This document shows, piece after piece, positions 17,008 to 26,076 of a stretch of DNA of 55,723 nt. The position numbers and the translations under genes are program-made. The notes under the pieces are model-generated. The model saw nothing but the letters and a program-made list of their open reading frames with translations, searched no databases and was not told the DNA's origin. Source of the stretch: a virus (taxonomy: Duplodnaviria; Caudoviricetes); the IMG/VR virus record IMGVR_UViG_3300025389_000003, positions 1 through 55,723 of that record. One strand, written 5' to 3'. Position 1 is the first letter of the stretch. Every line of letters begins with the position of its first letter.

Positions 17008-17038
17008 ATTATACCTCTTTGTTGATCTGTGTTGTCAA
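17008..17038 (-). promoter_or_regulatory. Consensus sigma70 hexamers TTGACA-19 nt-TATAAT upstream of the structured RNA
   Basis: Both hexamers perfect; spacer 19 nt; overlaps the primase 3' end. Confidence 0.6.
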
Positions 17039-17893
17039 GTGCTTAGCCTTGCAAAGCATAATCTTTTTTACAACAGAAATGATTCCTCTGTTTTTATGCA
17101 AATCATTCGCGTCCCACCCTTCTTCGTCAGCCATTGTCCATGGCATACCAGTTGAACTAGCAATGCTCTGACCTGTGCCTGACTTGTCGTTGTCCGCAAA
17201 CACATATTTTTTGCCTTGCACCTGATCAATGACATTCAGTAAATTGCTCGCGCTAAAACAAACCACCACTGAGCCCTTCATCCCACACGAACGCATGGCT
17301 TGGTGGACGCTGAGCCCAGTCGCATACCCTTCGACAAACCATATGTCGTCATTCTTCTCAGTTCCTAACCAGTACACAGCATTCTTGGCTCTCATGCCGT
17401 AGAGCATTTTCTTCTCATACTTCATCTCTTCAGGCACAAAGTAGATTTCTTGATAGCCTTGCAGCTTATTGGTCTTCACGTTCCTCATGGGGATCAGTAG
17501 GCTGTTTTTATATACAAAACCTTGTATATCTTTAAAGCCCTTGAACTCAAGATAAGGGTGACTTTCCACCTTAGATATCTTTAAGATATCTTCTGCCCTT
17601 TGAGCCACGACGTCATACTGCTTTTGCTGATCAGACTGCTGAGCACGCCGTTTTTCGAACCACTGGCGCTTTTGTTCTTCCGTCCATGGTTTGGCATGGG
17701 GATCCTCATACCAGATCGCCTTGGCCTCGCCTGACCAATCCATGACCCACCCACGCTGACCATCCCAAAGATAAGCGCCGTTACCAGATTTAGGCTTGGC
17801 AACAGTCCCAGTTCTTTTGATAGAGTCAGATGGGTAAAGTTTACTGGGGTCTATTTCAACCCCATGCGCTCGCGCAAAGTCTATGAAGCTCAT
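17009..17893 (-). CDS. TOPRIM DNA primase
   Basis: HPYL..KG, L.IPM, VEGYATG.S, V.CFSA.NL, ADND..G.G, DAND motifs. Confidence 0.85.
   Translation of the reverse strand: MSFIDFARAHGVEIDPSKLYPSDSIKRTGTVAKPKSGNGAYLWDGQRGWVMDWSGEAKAIWYEDPHAKPWTEEQKRQWFEKRRAQQSDQQKQYDVVAQRAEDILKISKVESHPYLEFKGFKDIQGFVYKNSLLIPMRNVKTNKLQGYQEIYFVPEEMKYEKKMLYGMRAKNAVYWLGTEKNDDIWFVEGYATGLSVHQAMRSCGMKGSVVVCFSASNLLNVIDQVQGKKYVFADNDKSGTGQSIASSTGMPWTMADEEGWDANDLHKNRGIISVVKKIMLCKAKHLTTQINKEV
17148..17160. promoter_or_regulatory. 13-bp palindrome site CCAGTTGAACTAG (inside primase)
   Basis: Perfect match. Confidence 0.8.
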
Positions 17894-18069
17894 TCTATTT
17901 TGCAGTCAAATTCAAAGATTTCATGGAACTCATACATAATGCCCTCTTCCAAGCATCTCATGATGTAGTCCATGGTTGGATTGTCATCGTGTTTGTGTGC
18001 TCGGTTCCATCCTATGATCAAACCATTAGAGACACACTCACGAACGAGGGTGTACATTTTAGGCTTCAT
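17890..18069 (-). CDS. Hypothetical protein (59 aa, not in ORF track)
   Basis: MKPKMYTLVRECVSNG..GWNRAHKHDDNP; ATGA overlaps on both sides. Confidence 0.7.
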   Translation of the reverse strand: MKPKMYTLVRECVSNGLIIGWNRAHKHDDNPTMDYIMRCLEEGIMYEFHEIFEFDCKIE

Positions 18070-18536
18070 TCGTCGTACCCCACGTCATCAAACTGATACG
18101 GCTGAGACATTACTTCTTCTTCAGTGATGGGTTGCTCAATGATCTCCTCGATTGTATGAGCCACCTCACCTACGCCGTGTTCTTTCTCGACGTCACGCGC
18201 AAACTGTCTCCAGTCCATAGAGCGTCTGTATAGAGCAACCAAGCGCTCCTCAGATAGTGGTTCTCTCTGTAGCCTGACGATGAGTTCGTTGGCAGCCTTG
18301 AGTTGCTCATCATAGATGGCCAACAATTCACCCAAAGACTTCAGTTCGTCTTTGTAATAGTCTTTCTTAGAATACTCTTCATCAGAATATTTCTTTTTGG
18401 CTTTCTTGATTCCATCTCTTAGCATGGCCACAATGCCATACTTAAAAACATGGTCATAACCCTCTTTGTCCGAGTTAATAACTACGGTTGCTGATCCGTC
18501 TTCATTGTCTTTGATGTGTTCAAATTCAATCTTCAT
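18066..18536 (-). CDS. Hypothetical protein
   Basis: 156 aa in operon. Confidence 0.65.
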   Translation of the reverse strand: MKIEFEHIKDNEDGSATVVINSDKEGYDHVFKYGIVAMLRDGIKKAKKKYSDEEYSKKDYYKDELKSLGELLAIYDEQLKAANELIVRLQREPLSEERLVALYRRSMDWRQFARDVEKEHGVGEVAHTIEEIIEQPITEEEVMSQPYQFDDVGYDE

Positions 18537-19009
18537 ACTTTCTCTCTTTCTACAATTGGTCTAGCGGTTTTGTTGATGATTGCTTTCATGACGATGTCTG
18601 AAGCGAGCTCGACATCTTTTACGGTTGACGCCTCAAGTTGCGCGTCATGTAGTTCCATCGCAAAGTTGATGGCCTTGAGTTCAGGTCCCTTGGCTATGAA
18701 ATGGTAGTTATGAGCGCCACGTCTAGCGCACTCGTATATAGCATCCTGTGCTAACTTGATTTCATCTGCATAGGTTTCTCCAATCTTGAGTTTCGATAAA
18801 GCTTCACACATGTTTAAAACTGAAATTAAAGTGTCTATGTCGTCTTTGACTGCTTTGCCAGTTCGTAATGCTTCTAGCGCCAAATGATTTTTTAGTTGTA
18901 GTGTCGTCAAAATACTCTTGAGGTCAGTCATCGGTTTCATGCCACTGATCACATAGTTGATCGTGTCGAGGATGACTGGCTTAGGGCGGTACTTAGAACG
19001 CTTTCTCAT
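18533..19009 (-). CDS. Hypothetical protein
   Basis: MRKRSKYRPK...; ATGA overlap with the helicase stop. Confidence 0.7.
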   Translation of the reverse strand: MRKRSKYRPKPVILDTINYVISGMKPMTDLKSILTTLQLKNHLALEALRTGKAVKDDIDTLISVLNMCEALSKLKIGETYADEIKLAQDAIYECARRGAHNYHFIAKGPELKAINFAMELHDAQLEASTVKDVELASDIVMKAIINKTARPIVEREKV

Positions 19010-20526
19010 GATCTTCCCTTCTTCCATGCAATGTTCATTTGTTGAATTTTGTTGTACACATTTCTGTTGATTTCTACATTAGGCGCAGTCGTAAACTTCC
19101 ACTCTGACTCACGCCCCGTGATTTGCTTAAATAAGTGCCACGCACGTCCTGACTGTGTCTCAGGCTTGCTGTGGTGCCTTGCGTAAGTGCAAACTTGATT
19201 CCATAGGTCTTGAGCGCTATTTGCAAGTTTCTTTTTATTGCGTCCCTCGCCAATAAAGATTTCTTGCATATGACCTGGTATCACCTCAGTCATCTGTTTG
19301 CTCACCCTCTCAAATCCACACGACATACAGCGCTTGTGGAAGGGCTTGTAACCACAGCGTGGGCAACCAAATAGCTCAAACTCCTCTTTGACGCGAATCT
19401 TCTTGTCGAGCTTCTCACCGTCGTCTAGCTTCTCTAAGCCATTGAAGTAGATGTCGTTAAAGTCCTCAAAGAACCTCACAATGTTTCCGCTAAAGTCCAA
19501 GAGGTAGCAATCTTTCTTACCAGTCTCAGGGGACGATCTAAGCCCACGCCCCCACATCTGAATAGCTGTAGACAACGATTTCCTTAAAGGTCTTGCGTCA
19601 CAGATACACCCAACGTCAGGCACGTCAAAGCCCTTTGCCAAGGCTTCTACGCTAATCAAAACTTTTAATTCACTATTTGGCTCTCTGTAGTGTTTTAGCA
19701 ACATTTCACGATCTTTGGCGTTGGTGTCACTGGTGAAGACTGCAGCCAACACGCCAGCCTCAATGAACTGACGGCAGAGCTCCTCGCAGTGCCTGATCGT
19801 GGCGCCAAAGACAATCGTCTTGCGGTTCTCGCCAAAACGTTGCCAGTCCTTGACCACGTCACCCACGATCTTGAGTTCGCGCTCCTCGGCAGCTCGATCA
19901 GTCCACTCGCCTCCTGACGTCTCTGCGCCCGTCATATCAGGCTTTTGGCACGAAAAAATCCGCATAGGTACCAACACCCCATGCTGAGTGAGATCGTGCA
20001 TTGTGGTGGCGTTTACGATGTTGGTGAATATCTTTCCCAAGCCTGTAGTAAATGGTGTGGCAGATAGACCAATGACACTAGACTTGGTTGTCTGGGCAAA
20101 ATTTGTCCAACTCTTGTAAGTCGTGTGAGCCTCATCGACCACCAAGACGTCGACCTGTGGCCAAAACTGTCGCTTGGCGATGGTCTGAATACTAGCAATT
20201 TGAAATAGTTCATCTGGTCTTCTCCTCCAGTGATTGGCTTGGATGATGCCGTGGTTGGTCATGCCGTAGCGGTCGGCCACCGCAGACGTTTGGTTGATCA
20301 AGGTAGTCCTGTCGCACAGGAATACTGCACGCTTACCCCTTTGAATGGCTTCGTTGCAGATACGCAACCCAAGGTAAGTCTTTCCAGCGCCCGTAGGCGC
20401 CATGATGATCTGATTCTTGTGCCCTTGCCTAAACCCCTCGCGTAAGGCGTTGTGGGCATCAATCTGAAATTGACGAGGGGGTGGGAATCCATTATCACGC
20501 TCGCTTTGCGCTAGGACGTTGTTCAT
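19006..20526 (-). CDS. Superfamily 2 DExH helicase
   Basis: APTGAGKT, VVDEAH, GLSATP, KGFDVP, QMWGRGLR; C-terminal CPRC..CMSC Zn ribbon. Confidence 0.92.
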   Translation of the reverse strand: MNNVLAQSERDNGFPPPRQFQIDAHNALREGFRQGHKNQIIMAPTGAGKTYLGLRICNEAIQRGKRAVFLCDRTTLINQTSAVADRYGMTNHGIIQANHWRRRPDELFQIASIQTIAKRQFWPQVDVLVVDEAHTTYKSWTNFAQTTKSSVIGLSATPFTTGLGKIFTNIVNATTMHDLTQHGVLVPMRIFSCQKPDMTGAETSGGEWTDRAAEERELKIVGDVVKDWQRFGENRKTIVFGATIRHCEELCRQFIEAGVLAAVFTSDTNAKDREMLLKHYREPNSELKVLISVEALAKGFDVPDVGCICDARPLRKSLSTAIQMWGRGLRSSPETGKKDCYLLDFSGNIVRFFEDFNDIYFNGLEKLDDGEKLDKKIRVKEEFELFGCPRCGYKPFHKRCMSCGFERVSKQMTEVIPGHMQEIFIGEGRNKKKLANSAQDLWNQVCTYARHHSKPETQSGRAWHLFKQITGRESEWKFTTAPNVEINRNVYNKIQQMNIAWKKGRS

Positions 20527-21323
20527 TTTTTACCTTTTAATTTATCAAGTTGTTTCTGAAGTGACTTGACCATCTTGATGGCCTCATTCTTTTCGTTCAT
20601 CAGCCCCACGAACCGCATCTCCATTTGTGCAATCATGTGGTTCAGGCGCTCAATCTCAGCGTGGGCAGTCTTTAAGGCGTCGTCAGAATCCAACAACTTG
20701 AACATCGCCTCTTGATTGGCTTGCATGGTCAGCTCAGCAATCTTGAGTTCTTCCTCGTCAGGAGCTGAACCATCTTGTGGCTCAATACTTTCTAGTTTGA
20801 CGTCATTGCTAGTTGAACTAGTATCTTCCATGCGTTGCCTGAGTTTGTTCTGATAGTGCCTCTCGCGGTTTTCTTTCTGTCTTTCAGCTATTTCAGGGTC
20901 ACGGACGGCAGCCACAAAAGACTCAGACACGTGGCATCGTTTGGCAATTTCATAGTTGGACTTCTTGTACCATTCCTCCCAAGTCAAACACGTCTCAACC
21001 TTATAGCGTCTGTCTCGAATGGACAGTGGCTTGCCGTGGGTTTCATTCGCAATCAAGGCTTTCTCGCGTGCATACTGAAGCGCGCCTGACTCCCACAACA
21101 CGTCAATCTTTTTGATGCCAAGAATCTTGTAGGCGTGATAGCGGTGAAAGCCGTCTGTGAGCCAATATGAAACCCCATCAAATACTAGTTCAACTGGGGG
21201 AAAGACGTTGTCAAGTTTCATGCGCTCGACAATGTGATACACCCAGTCTTGATCAACAACCGTACGCATTTGCGTACCGCCATCAATTCTGATTTCGTCA
21301 ATGTTTATTTGTTTTTTTTGCAT
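20523..21323 (-). CDS. ParB/Srx-fold (CTPase-like) protein with HTH and C-terminal coiled coil
   Basis: I.ID.I..D..TQ.R, PPVELV, arginine patch DGFHRYHA, N..HG.PL, HTH SNYEIAKRCHVSESFVAAVR; GAGG RBS. Confidence 0.8.
   Translation of the reverse strand: MQKKQINIDEIRIDGGTQMRTVVDQDWVYHIVERMKLDNVFPPVELVFDGVSYWLTDGFHRYHAYKILGIKKIDVLWESGALQYAREKALIANETHGKPLSIRDRRYKVETCLTWEEWYKKSNYEIAKRCHVSESFVAAVRDPEIAERQKENRERHYQNKLRQRMEDTSSTSNDVKLESIEPQDGSAPDEEELKIAELTMQANQEAMFKLLDSDDALKTAHAEIERLNHMIAQMEMRFVGLMNEKNEAIKMVKSLQKQLDKLKGKK
20809..20821. promoter_or_regulatory. 13-bp palindrome site CTAGTTGAACTAG (inside ParB-like gene)
   Basis: Perfect match. Confidence 0.8.
21185..21197. promoter_or_regulatory. 13-bp palindrome site CTAGTTCAACTGG (inside ParB-like gene)
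   Basis: Perfect match. Confidence 0.8.
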
Positions 21324-21333
21324 TGTTTCCTCG

Positions 21334-21534
21334 TTACTCAAATAAATCGGGTCTAAGTTCCTTTGCAGTCACTAGCCCTTGGGTTGCTTTCTCAATCTTC
21401 TTGGCCAATTCAGGTGAGGGTCTTTTTGCTTTACGCATCAAAATCCCCAACCACGTCAAAGTGATTCCCAAATACTCAGCCATCTCTTTCTTTGCGCCGT
21501 ACGGCTCGTCTTTGAAATATTCCTTTAAGTTCAT
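21334..21534 (-). CDS. Cro/YdaS-like HTH transcriptional regulator
   Basis: 66 aa; MA..LGI...W, PS..LA..IE.AT.G.VT..ELRPD. Confidence 0.85.
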   Translation of the reverse strand: MNLKEYFKDEPYGAKKEMAEYLGITLTWLGILMRKAKRPSPELAKKIEKATQGLVTAKELRPDLFE

Positions 21535-21564
21535 GTTGCTCCTTTTGTACATTTCATCACAAAG

Positions 21565-21581
21565 TCTAACACAAAGTTTGA
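21565..21581. promoter_or_regulatory. 17-bp operator TCTAAC-ACAAA-GTTTGA in the divergent promoter region
   Basis: Overlaps extended -10 TGtTAGACT for the cro-like gene; TACAAT for rightward transcription at about 21589. Confidence 0.6.
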
Positions 21582-21650
21582 ATTCGTGTACAATAATTTC
21601 ACGGTCATGTTGATCGGGTTTGTCGGATACGACGTTTTTAAAGGATGTAT

Positions 21651-22292
21651 ATGAGTTTTATTGTTGAAGATACAGGCGGTTCATTTGAGCGTTGCCCATC
21701 AGGAATGCACTTGGCAAGATGCTATCGCATCATTGACATGGGCACACAAAAGTCAGAGTACATGGGTCAAGTCAAGTTCTTGCACAAGATCATGTTGGGT
21801 TGGGAATTGCATGGCATGGACGAATCAGGCAGTCCTCTGACCATGAAGGACGGTCGCCCATTTGGTATTTTTAAGAACTACACATTGAGTTGGTCAGAAA
21901 AGGCTAACTTGAGATTAGACCTACAGTCATGGCGCGGTAAGCCATTCACACAAGAAGAGATGCGCAAATTTGACCTCAAGAACATCTTGGGCGCATGGTG
22001 CATGTTGAACGTGATTGAGCGTGCTGGTCAGAACGGTAAGACTTACACAAACGTGGATGGCGTGACTCCAGTTCCACAAATGATCAAACAGAATGGCTTG
22101 CCTCAAGGCGTCAATAAGCTAGAGATTTTCAACCTCAGCGATCCTGACATGACCATCTTTGAGTCATTGAGTGATTACTTGAAGACAAAGATCATGGCGT
22201 CTCCTGAGTGGCAGAAACAGGCTAAGACCAAGCCAACCACAGAGACTTACGTAGACACTTCATCCGACATGGATGACGACATCCCATTTTGA
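21651..22292 (+). CDS. Single-stranded DNA-binding protein (phage type)
   Basis: G.H.ARC..IID.GTQ, YTLS..EKANL...L.SWRG; acidic C-terminus DDDIPF. Confidence 0.75.
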   Translation: MSFIVEDTGGSFERCPSGMHLARCYRIIDMGTQKSEYMGQVKFLHKIMLGWELHGMDESGSPLTMKDGRPFGIFKNYTLSWSEKANLRLDLQSWRGKPFTQEEMRKFDLKNILGAWCMLNVIERAGQNGKTYTNVDGVTPVPQMIKQNGLPQGVNKLEIFNLSDPDMTIFESLSDYLKTKIMASPEWQKQAKTKPTTETYVDTSSDMDDDIPF

Positions 22293-22300
22293 GGTAAAAC

Positions 22301-23095
22301 ATGACAACAATAATAGCTAGATCAGCAGAATCCGTTCACTGGTATCGCGCAGAGGATGGAGCACCTCAGTACACCGTCAAGGCAAAGGACGGCTCAGACC
22401 GCCCTACAACGCTCAGGGACGCACGAACCATGAACTTGGTACCCTCGGTCACCACGGTTCTAAAAGTCGCCTCTAAGCCCGGTCTTGAGGTTTGGAAGAA
22501 TGAGCAAATGTTGCTCGCAGCATTAACCCTTCCCAAGAAGCCTCACGAGAGCGAACAGGAATTCATTGCTCGCATTGTAGCTGACTCAAAAGAGACGGCT
22601 AAGAAAGCAGCCGAGCGTGGAACTCGTGTTCATGAGTCGATTGAGGCGTGGTACGAAGGCGCTCGCATGGACATCGAGCACCGTGACATTGCTGAGGCTT
22701 TTGAGAAGAAAGTGTTCGACCACTTTGGCACCCATCCCTTCCAAGAATGGAAGACTGAGACGGCCTTTGCATCAAACTTGGGTTATGGCGGTAAGGTTGA
22801 CCTTTACTGCTTGCCTGATGAGACAGCACCCCTTGGGATTGTTATCGACGCCAAAACAAAAGAATTTGGCCCAGATGATAAGGTCGAAGGGTATGACGAG
22901 CACATGATGCAGTTGGCGGCCTACAGACACGGTTTAGGCATCCCACACGCGCGTTGTGCGAACGTCTTTGCGTCGGTCTCGTCCCCAGGTCTTATTAAAG
23001 TCGTGGAGTGGTCTGAGGAGGATCTCAGAAGGGGTTGGGAAATGTTCCAACACCTATTGGGTTATTGGAAAATCAAAAATAATTTTGGAGGATGA
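22301..23095 (+). CDS. PD-(D/E)XK exonuclease
   Basis: PSVTTVL, A.RGT.VH, E, YGG.VDL, IDAKT, QLAAY. Confidence 0.85.
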   Translation: MTTIIARSAESVHWYRAEDGAPQYTVKAKDGSDRPTTLRDARTMNLVPSVTTVLKVASKPGLEVWKNEQMLLAALTLPKKPHESEQEFIARIVADSKETAKKAAERGTRVHESIEAWYEGARMDIEHRDIAEAFEKKVFDHFGTHPFQEWKTETAFASNLGYGGKVDLYCLPDETAPLGIVIDAKTKEFGPDDKVEGYDEHMMQLAAYRHGLGIPHARCANVFASVSSPGLIKVVEWSEEDLRRGWEMFQHLLGYWKIKNNFGG

Positions 23096-23096
23096 T

Positions 23097-23324
23097 ATGG
23101 AGTTAAATGCAAAACAAGTCGGAGAAGCTTTCCGCACAGTCATGTTGGAAGAAAACCACAACTTCCTTGAGGACGATTTGGTTCTCATGGCCAATGCTTT
23201 TGTAAAGTTTGCAGAGCCTTTTATCAGGACTGACGAACTGAACAAATGTGTTGAAATAGCAACTAACCTCAACAGAAATGTTGGAGAGAAACTATTTGAG
23301 GTGAGAAGCAATGTGGGTTATTAA
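23097..23324 (+). CDS. Hypothetical protein
   Basis: 75 aa from ATG 23097 with GGAGG RBS. Confidence 0.7.
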   Translation: MELNAKQVGEAFRTVMLEENHNFLEDDLVLMANAFVKFAEPFIRTDELNKCVEIATNLNRNVGEKLFEVRSNVGY

Positions 23325-23382
23325 ATTTTGGCTTTTTTGTTCAAGCATTGTTTTACTGGCAATGCTGATTTCTAAATAAACC

Positions 23383-23408
23383 AAACCCCAGTTCAACTGG
23401 GGTTTTTT
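23383..23408. terminator. Terminator between convergent operons, built around the 13-bp palindrome (CCAGTTCAACTGG, 23388-23400)
   Basis: AAACCCCAGTT-C-AACTGGGGTTTTTT. Confidence 0.75.
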
Positions 23409-23409
23409 A

Positions 23410-24606
23410 TTATCTTAATTGACCAAGTGTTGTTGTACCTTCAGGCATTCCACCGAAAGCGGTGGGATTCACTTCTCCTAAACTCATGGCATTCATAATT
23501 TCGTCTGCATGTTTAGCCATGTAAGGCAATTGAGCAACAGCTCCAACTGTACCAATTAAAGGTGATCTGCTCATCATTGCTACACCACCCAAACCAGATG
23601 CAACTTGTGTTGGATCTATAGGTTTATTTTGCATGTAGTTATTGACCGATTGAATCAATTGAGGGGCAGCAATAGCACCGCCAGCAATCGGGCTGAGAAA
23701 TCTTCCAATAGCCTGTGGAACGCTTTTAACAGCCTCCATAGCAGATGTTCCCATGCGCTCTAGCATAGATGGTGTTTCAGACATATATGGGGTCAAATCT
23801 ATACCTGGATTACCGGGTATTGATCTATAAGCCACAGTTGTCTTGCGACCATTAACGTCTCTTACTATGGGCTCACGACTAGGTTCATTACCTTGAACAA
23901 CTTTTAAAGCCTTTTGTACTTCAGCCATGGTTCTAATGTCCATGCCAGTAAGTTCTCTTAATTTTTCAATTGGCACAGATGCTTTGAGTTGTGAATTAGC
24001 ATATCTTTGCAACCCTGAATCACTCATTGGTCTCATTTCAGGTGGCAGTTGACTGCCACTTTGTATAGCCTCTACTTGTTTTTTAGCTTCAGCTTTTCTT
24101 TGTTGACGTCCTACAACGGCGCCAACAGTTGCACCTAAACCTATTTCTGCAGCAGTTACAGGAGCAATATTTGATGTATCCTTTTTTGGTGGTGAACCTT
24201 TGTAGTTTACATTTGAAACCTCAGACAATCCTGGTGGATCTTCATCTGATGATTCAGTATTAGCATCAGGCTTGAGGTCTGGGTTTTTTCCAGACATTGG
24301 GCTAGGTTTTTGTGATTTTGAAATTTGCAAAAGAACGTTGTTTAATTCTTTTTGACCATTTGGATCACCTAAAGCAACTTTTTTCTTTGCGTCATCCAAA
24401 GCTTTTTGAAGGTCTTCTGATACTTCTGGGCCGCGTAAACTAGAGACTAATTCGGGTGGCAATATACCGCCTCCAGGCATGCTTGTAGGCGTTGATTTGG
24501 GTGTTGCTTTATGCGTTTCTACTGGCTTTTCTTGTGGGCTCTTGCTATAAGCAATTGGTGCAACCTCTCTCAAACCAGGAGGCAAATCATCGTCTTCTTT
24601 GGTCAT
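23410..24606 (-). CDS. Putative ejection/internal virion protein
   Basis: 398 aa; DDDLPPGL.EV and DEDPPGL.EV repeats; hydrophobic Gly/Ala segments; last gene of the virion operon. Confidence 0.5.
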   Translation of the reverse strand: MTKEDDDLPPGLREVAPIAYSKSPQEKPVETHKATPKSTPTSMPGGGILPPELVSSLRGPEVSEDLQKALDDAKKKVALGDPNGQKELNNVLLQISKSQKPSPMSGKNPDLKPDANTESSDEDPPGLSEVSNVNYKGSPPKKDTSNIAPVTAAEIGLGATVGAVVGRQQRKAEAKKQVEAIQSGSQLPPEMRPMSDSGLQRYANSQLKASVPIEKLRELTGMDIRTMAEVQKALKVVQGNEPSREPIVRDVNGRKTTVAYRSIPGNPGIDLTPYMSETPSMLERMGTSAMEAVKSVPQAIGRFLSPIAGGAIAAPQLIQSVNNYMQNKPIDPTQVASGLGGVAMMSRSPLIGTVGAVAQLPYMAKHADEIMNAMSLGEVNPTAFGGMPEGTTTLGQLR

Positions 24607-26057
24607 GGTTTACCTCCGCCAGTTTCACGAATATACCTATCTACTTCTTCTTCAATTTTTTTCTCGTAAGCATCAATAATTTTTTGTTGTGAAGGAGAAT
24701 TTGCAGTTAAATACAATTTAGTTGGAGAGTTTGGATCTATCACATATGACTTATGATTACCTGTCAGTAAGTCACGAGTATCGTTGTACAAATCTCTGTT
24801 ACGTAATTGAATATATTGTGCCTGAAGAGCAAACAATTTTGCCGCATCTGGTAGTGTATCTGAATGAGCCGTAGCTGAAGATAAAATACTAAATTCAGCA
24901 TTTCTTGCGCTACTAGGATTTAATCCTACAGATCTTTGGTTATTCAATTCTATTTGTGCAAGAGTTCTATAAACATTTTGCGCAAAACTTTGTACATTTG
25001 GATCTTTAGAGGCTAATGCAATTTTGCTCAATGCAACAGATAAACTTGCGTTGTAATCACCAATTGATCCATGTAATCCATTTTCTATCAATGCACCTAA
25101 ACCAGACATAAATCCTTGTCCAGATAAAATACCCATTACAGTATTGAATCTTGGATCATCTGAATATTTAAGAAGCTCTTTAATTGGCTTCATGTTATTA
25201 GAATGAATTTTAGGCGATCCTAATGCACTCAAATCATCCAAATAACTAGCACCTTGTTTATCCAAATTTTCGTATAAACGAGTATTGCCTGCTTTTGTTT
25301 CCTCGGGTGGGTTAACAGGGGTAAATTCACTTCCGGGTGTCTTCAATACCACACGCTCTTTGGGAGCTTGTTGAGTTCCACCACTTTCAGTTGTTTGTGT
25401 AACAGGCGCTCCATTATTATTGGTTGTAGTGCCTGAACCTGGGTTTGTCACAGGATTAGAAGCACTTACATCTTTTCCATGACTTGTATTCAAAATTTGA
25501 GTTTGGTCATTTAAATCTTTCAATGCATTTTTATATTGAGCAGGGTCTAAGTTTCCAGCTTTAAATTGTGCATCTAAATTTAATCGTCTTTTGTCAAATA
25601 GATCTACATTAGTTTGCAATTCTCTATTTAATGCCTCTCCACGATCCCTATCATGTAACGTAACAAAGTTTATCAATTCAGGAGGCAATGGATCATTAGG
25701 ATGATCTTTTTTAAAATCTTCAATTGCTTTGGCTGCAGTTTTTTTATGTCCCATTTGATTTTCAAAAACAGCAAGTTGTGCTCGTGCTTGTGCAATAGGA
25801 ATTTGTAATGCTTTTTGTTGCTCGACATTTTCACCAAGAGCTTCAAATGCTGACCCCAGAGATGCACCAAAACCACCCAATTGAGGCTTTAAAAATCCAG
25901 CAGAAACTTTAAACCAATTAGGTTGAGAATATCTTTGCTCCAATGCATCTAAAGCTTGTTTGGTTGCATCAGAATATCCACTAGCTGATTCTGGTGATTC
26001 ACCGTAAAAATTTAATTGTGAAGCGTCAGGAACTAATTTATCTAATTGTGTTGCCAT
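24603..26057 (-). CDS. Putative ejection/internal virion protein
   Basis: 484 aa; PNWF.V.AGFLKPQLGGF.ASLG; AT-rich; position typical of podovirus ejection genes. Confidence 0.5.
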   Translation of the reverse strand: MATQLDKLVPDASQLNFYGESPESASGYSDATKQALDALEQRYSQPNWFKVSAGFLKPQLGGFGASLGSAFEALGENVEQQKALQIPIAQARAQLAVFENQMGHKKTAAKAIEDFKKDHPNDPLPPELINFVTLHDRDRGEALNRELQTNVDLFDKRRLNLDAQFKAGNLDPAQYKNALKDLNDQTQILNTSHGKDVSASNPVTNPGSGTTTNNNGAPVTQTTESGGTQQAPKERVVLKTPGSEFTPVNPPEETKAGNTRLYENLDKQGASYLDDLSALGSPKIHSNNMKPIKELLKYSDDPRFNTVMGILSGQGFMSGLGALIENGLHGSIGDYNASLSVALSKIALASKDPNVQSFAQNVYRTLAQIELNNQRSVGLNPSSARNAEFSILSSATAHSDTLPDAAKLFALQAQYIQLRNRDLYNDTRDLLTGNHKSYVIDPNSPTKLYLTANSPSQQKIIDAYEKKIEEEVDRYIRETGGGKP

Positions 26058-26076
26058 GATTTATTCCTTAAACAGT

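Noticed and set aside
22301-23095. Cas4/CRISPR association of the exonuclease
   Set aside because: No repeat-spacer array or other cas genes; the context next to SSB indicates recombination or replication.
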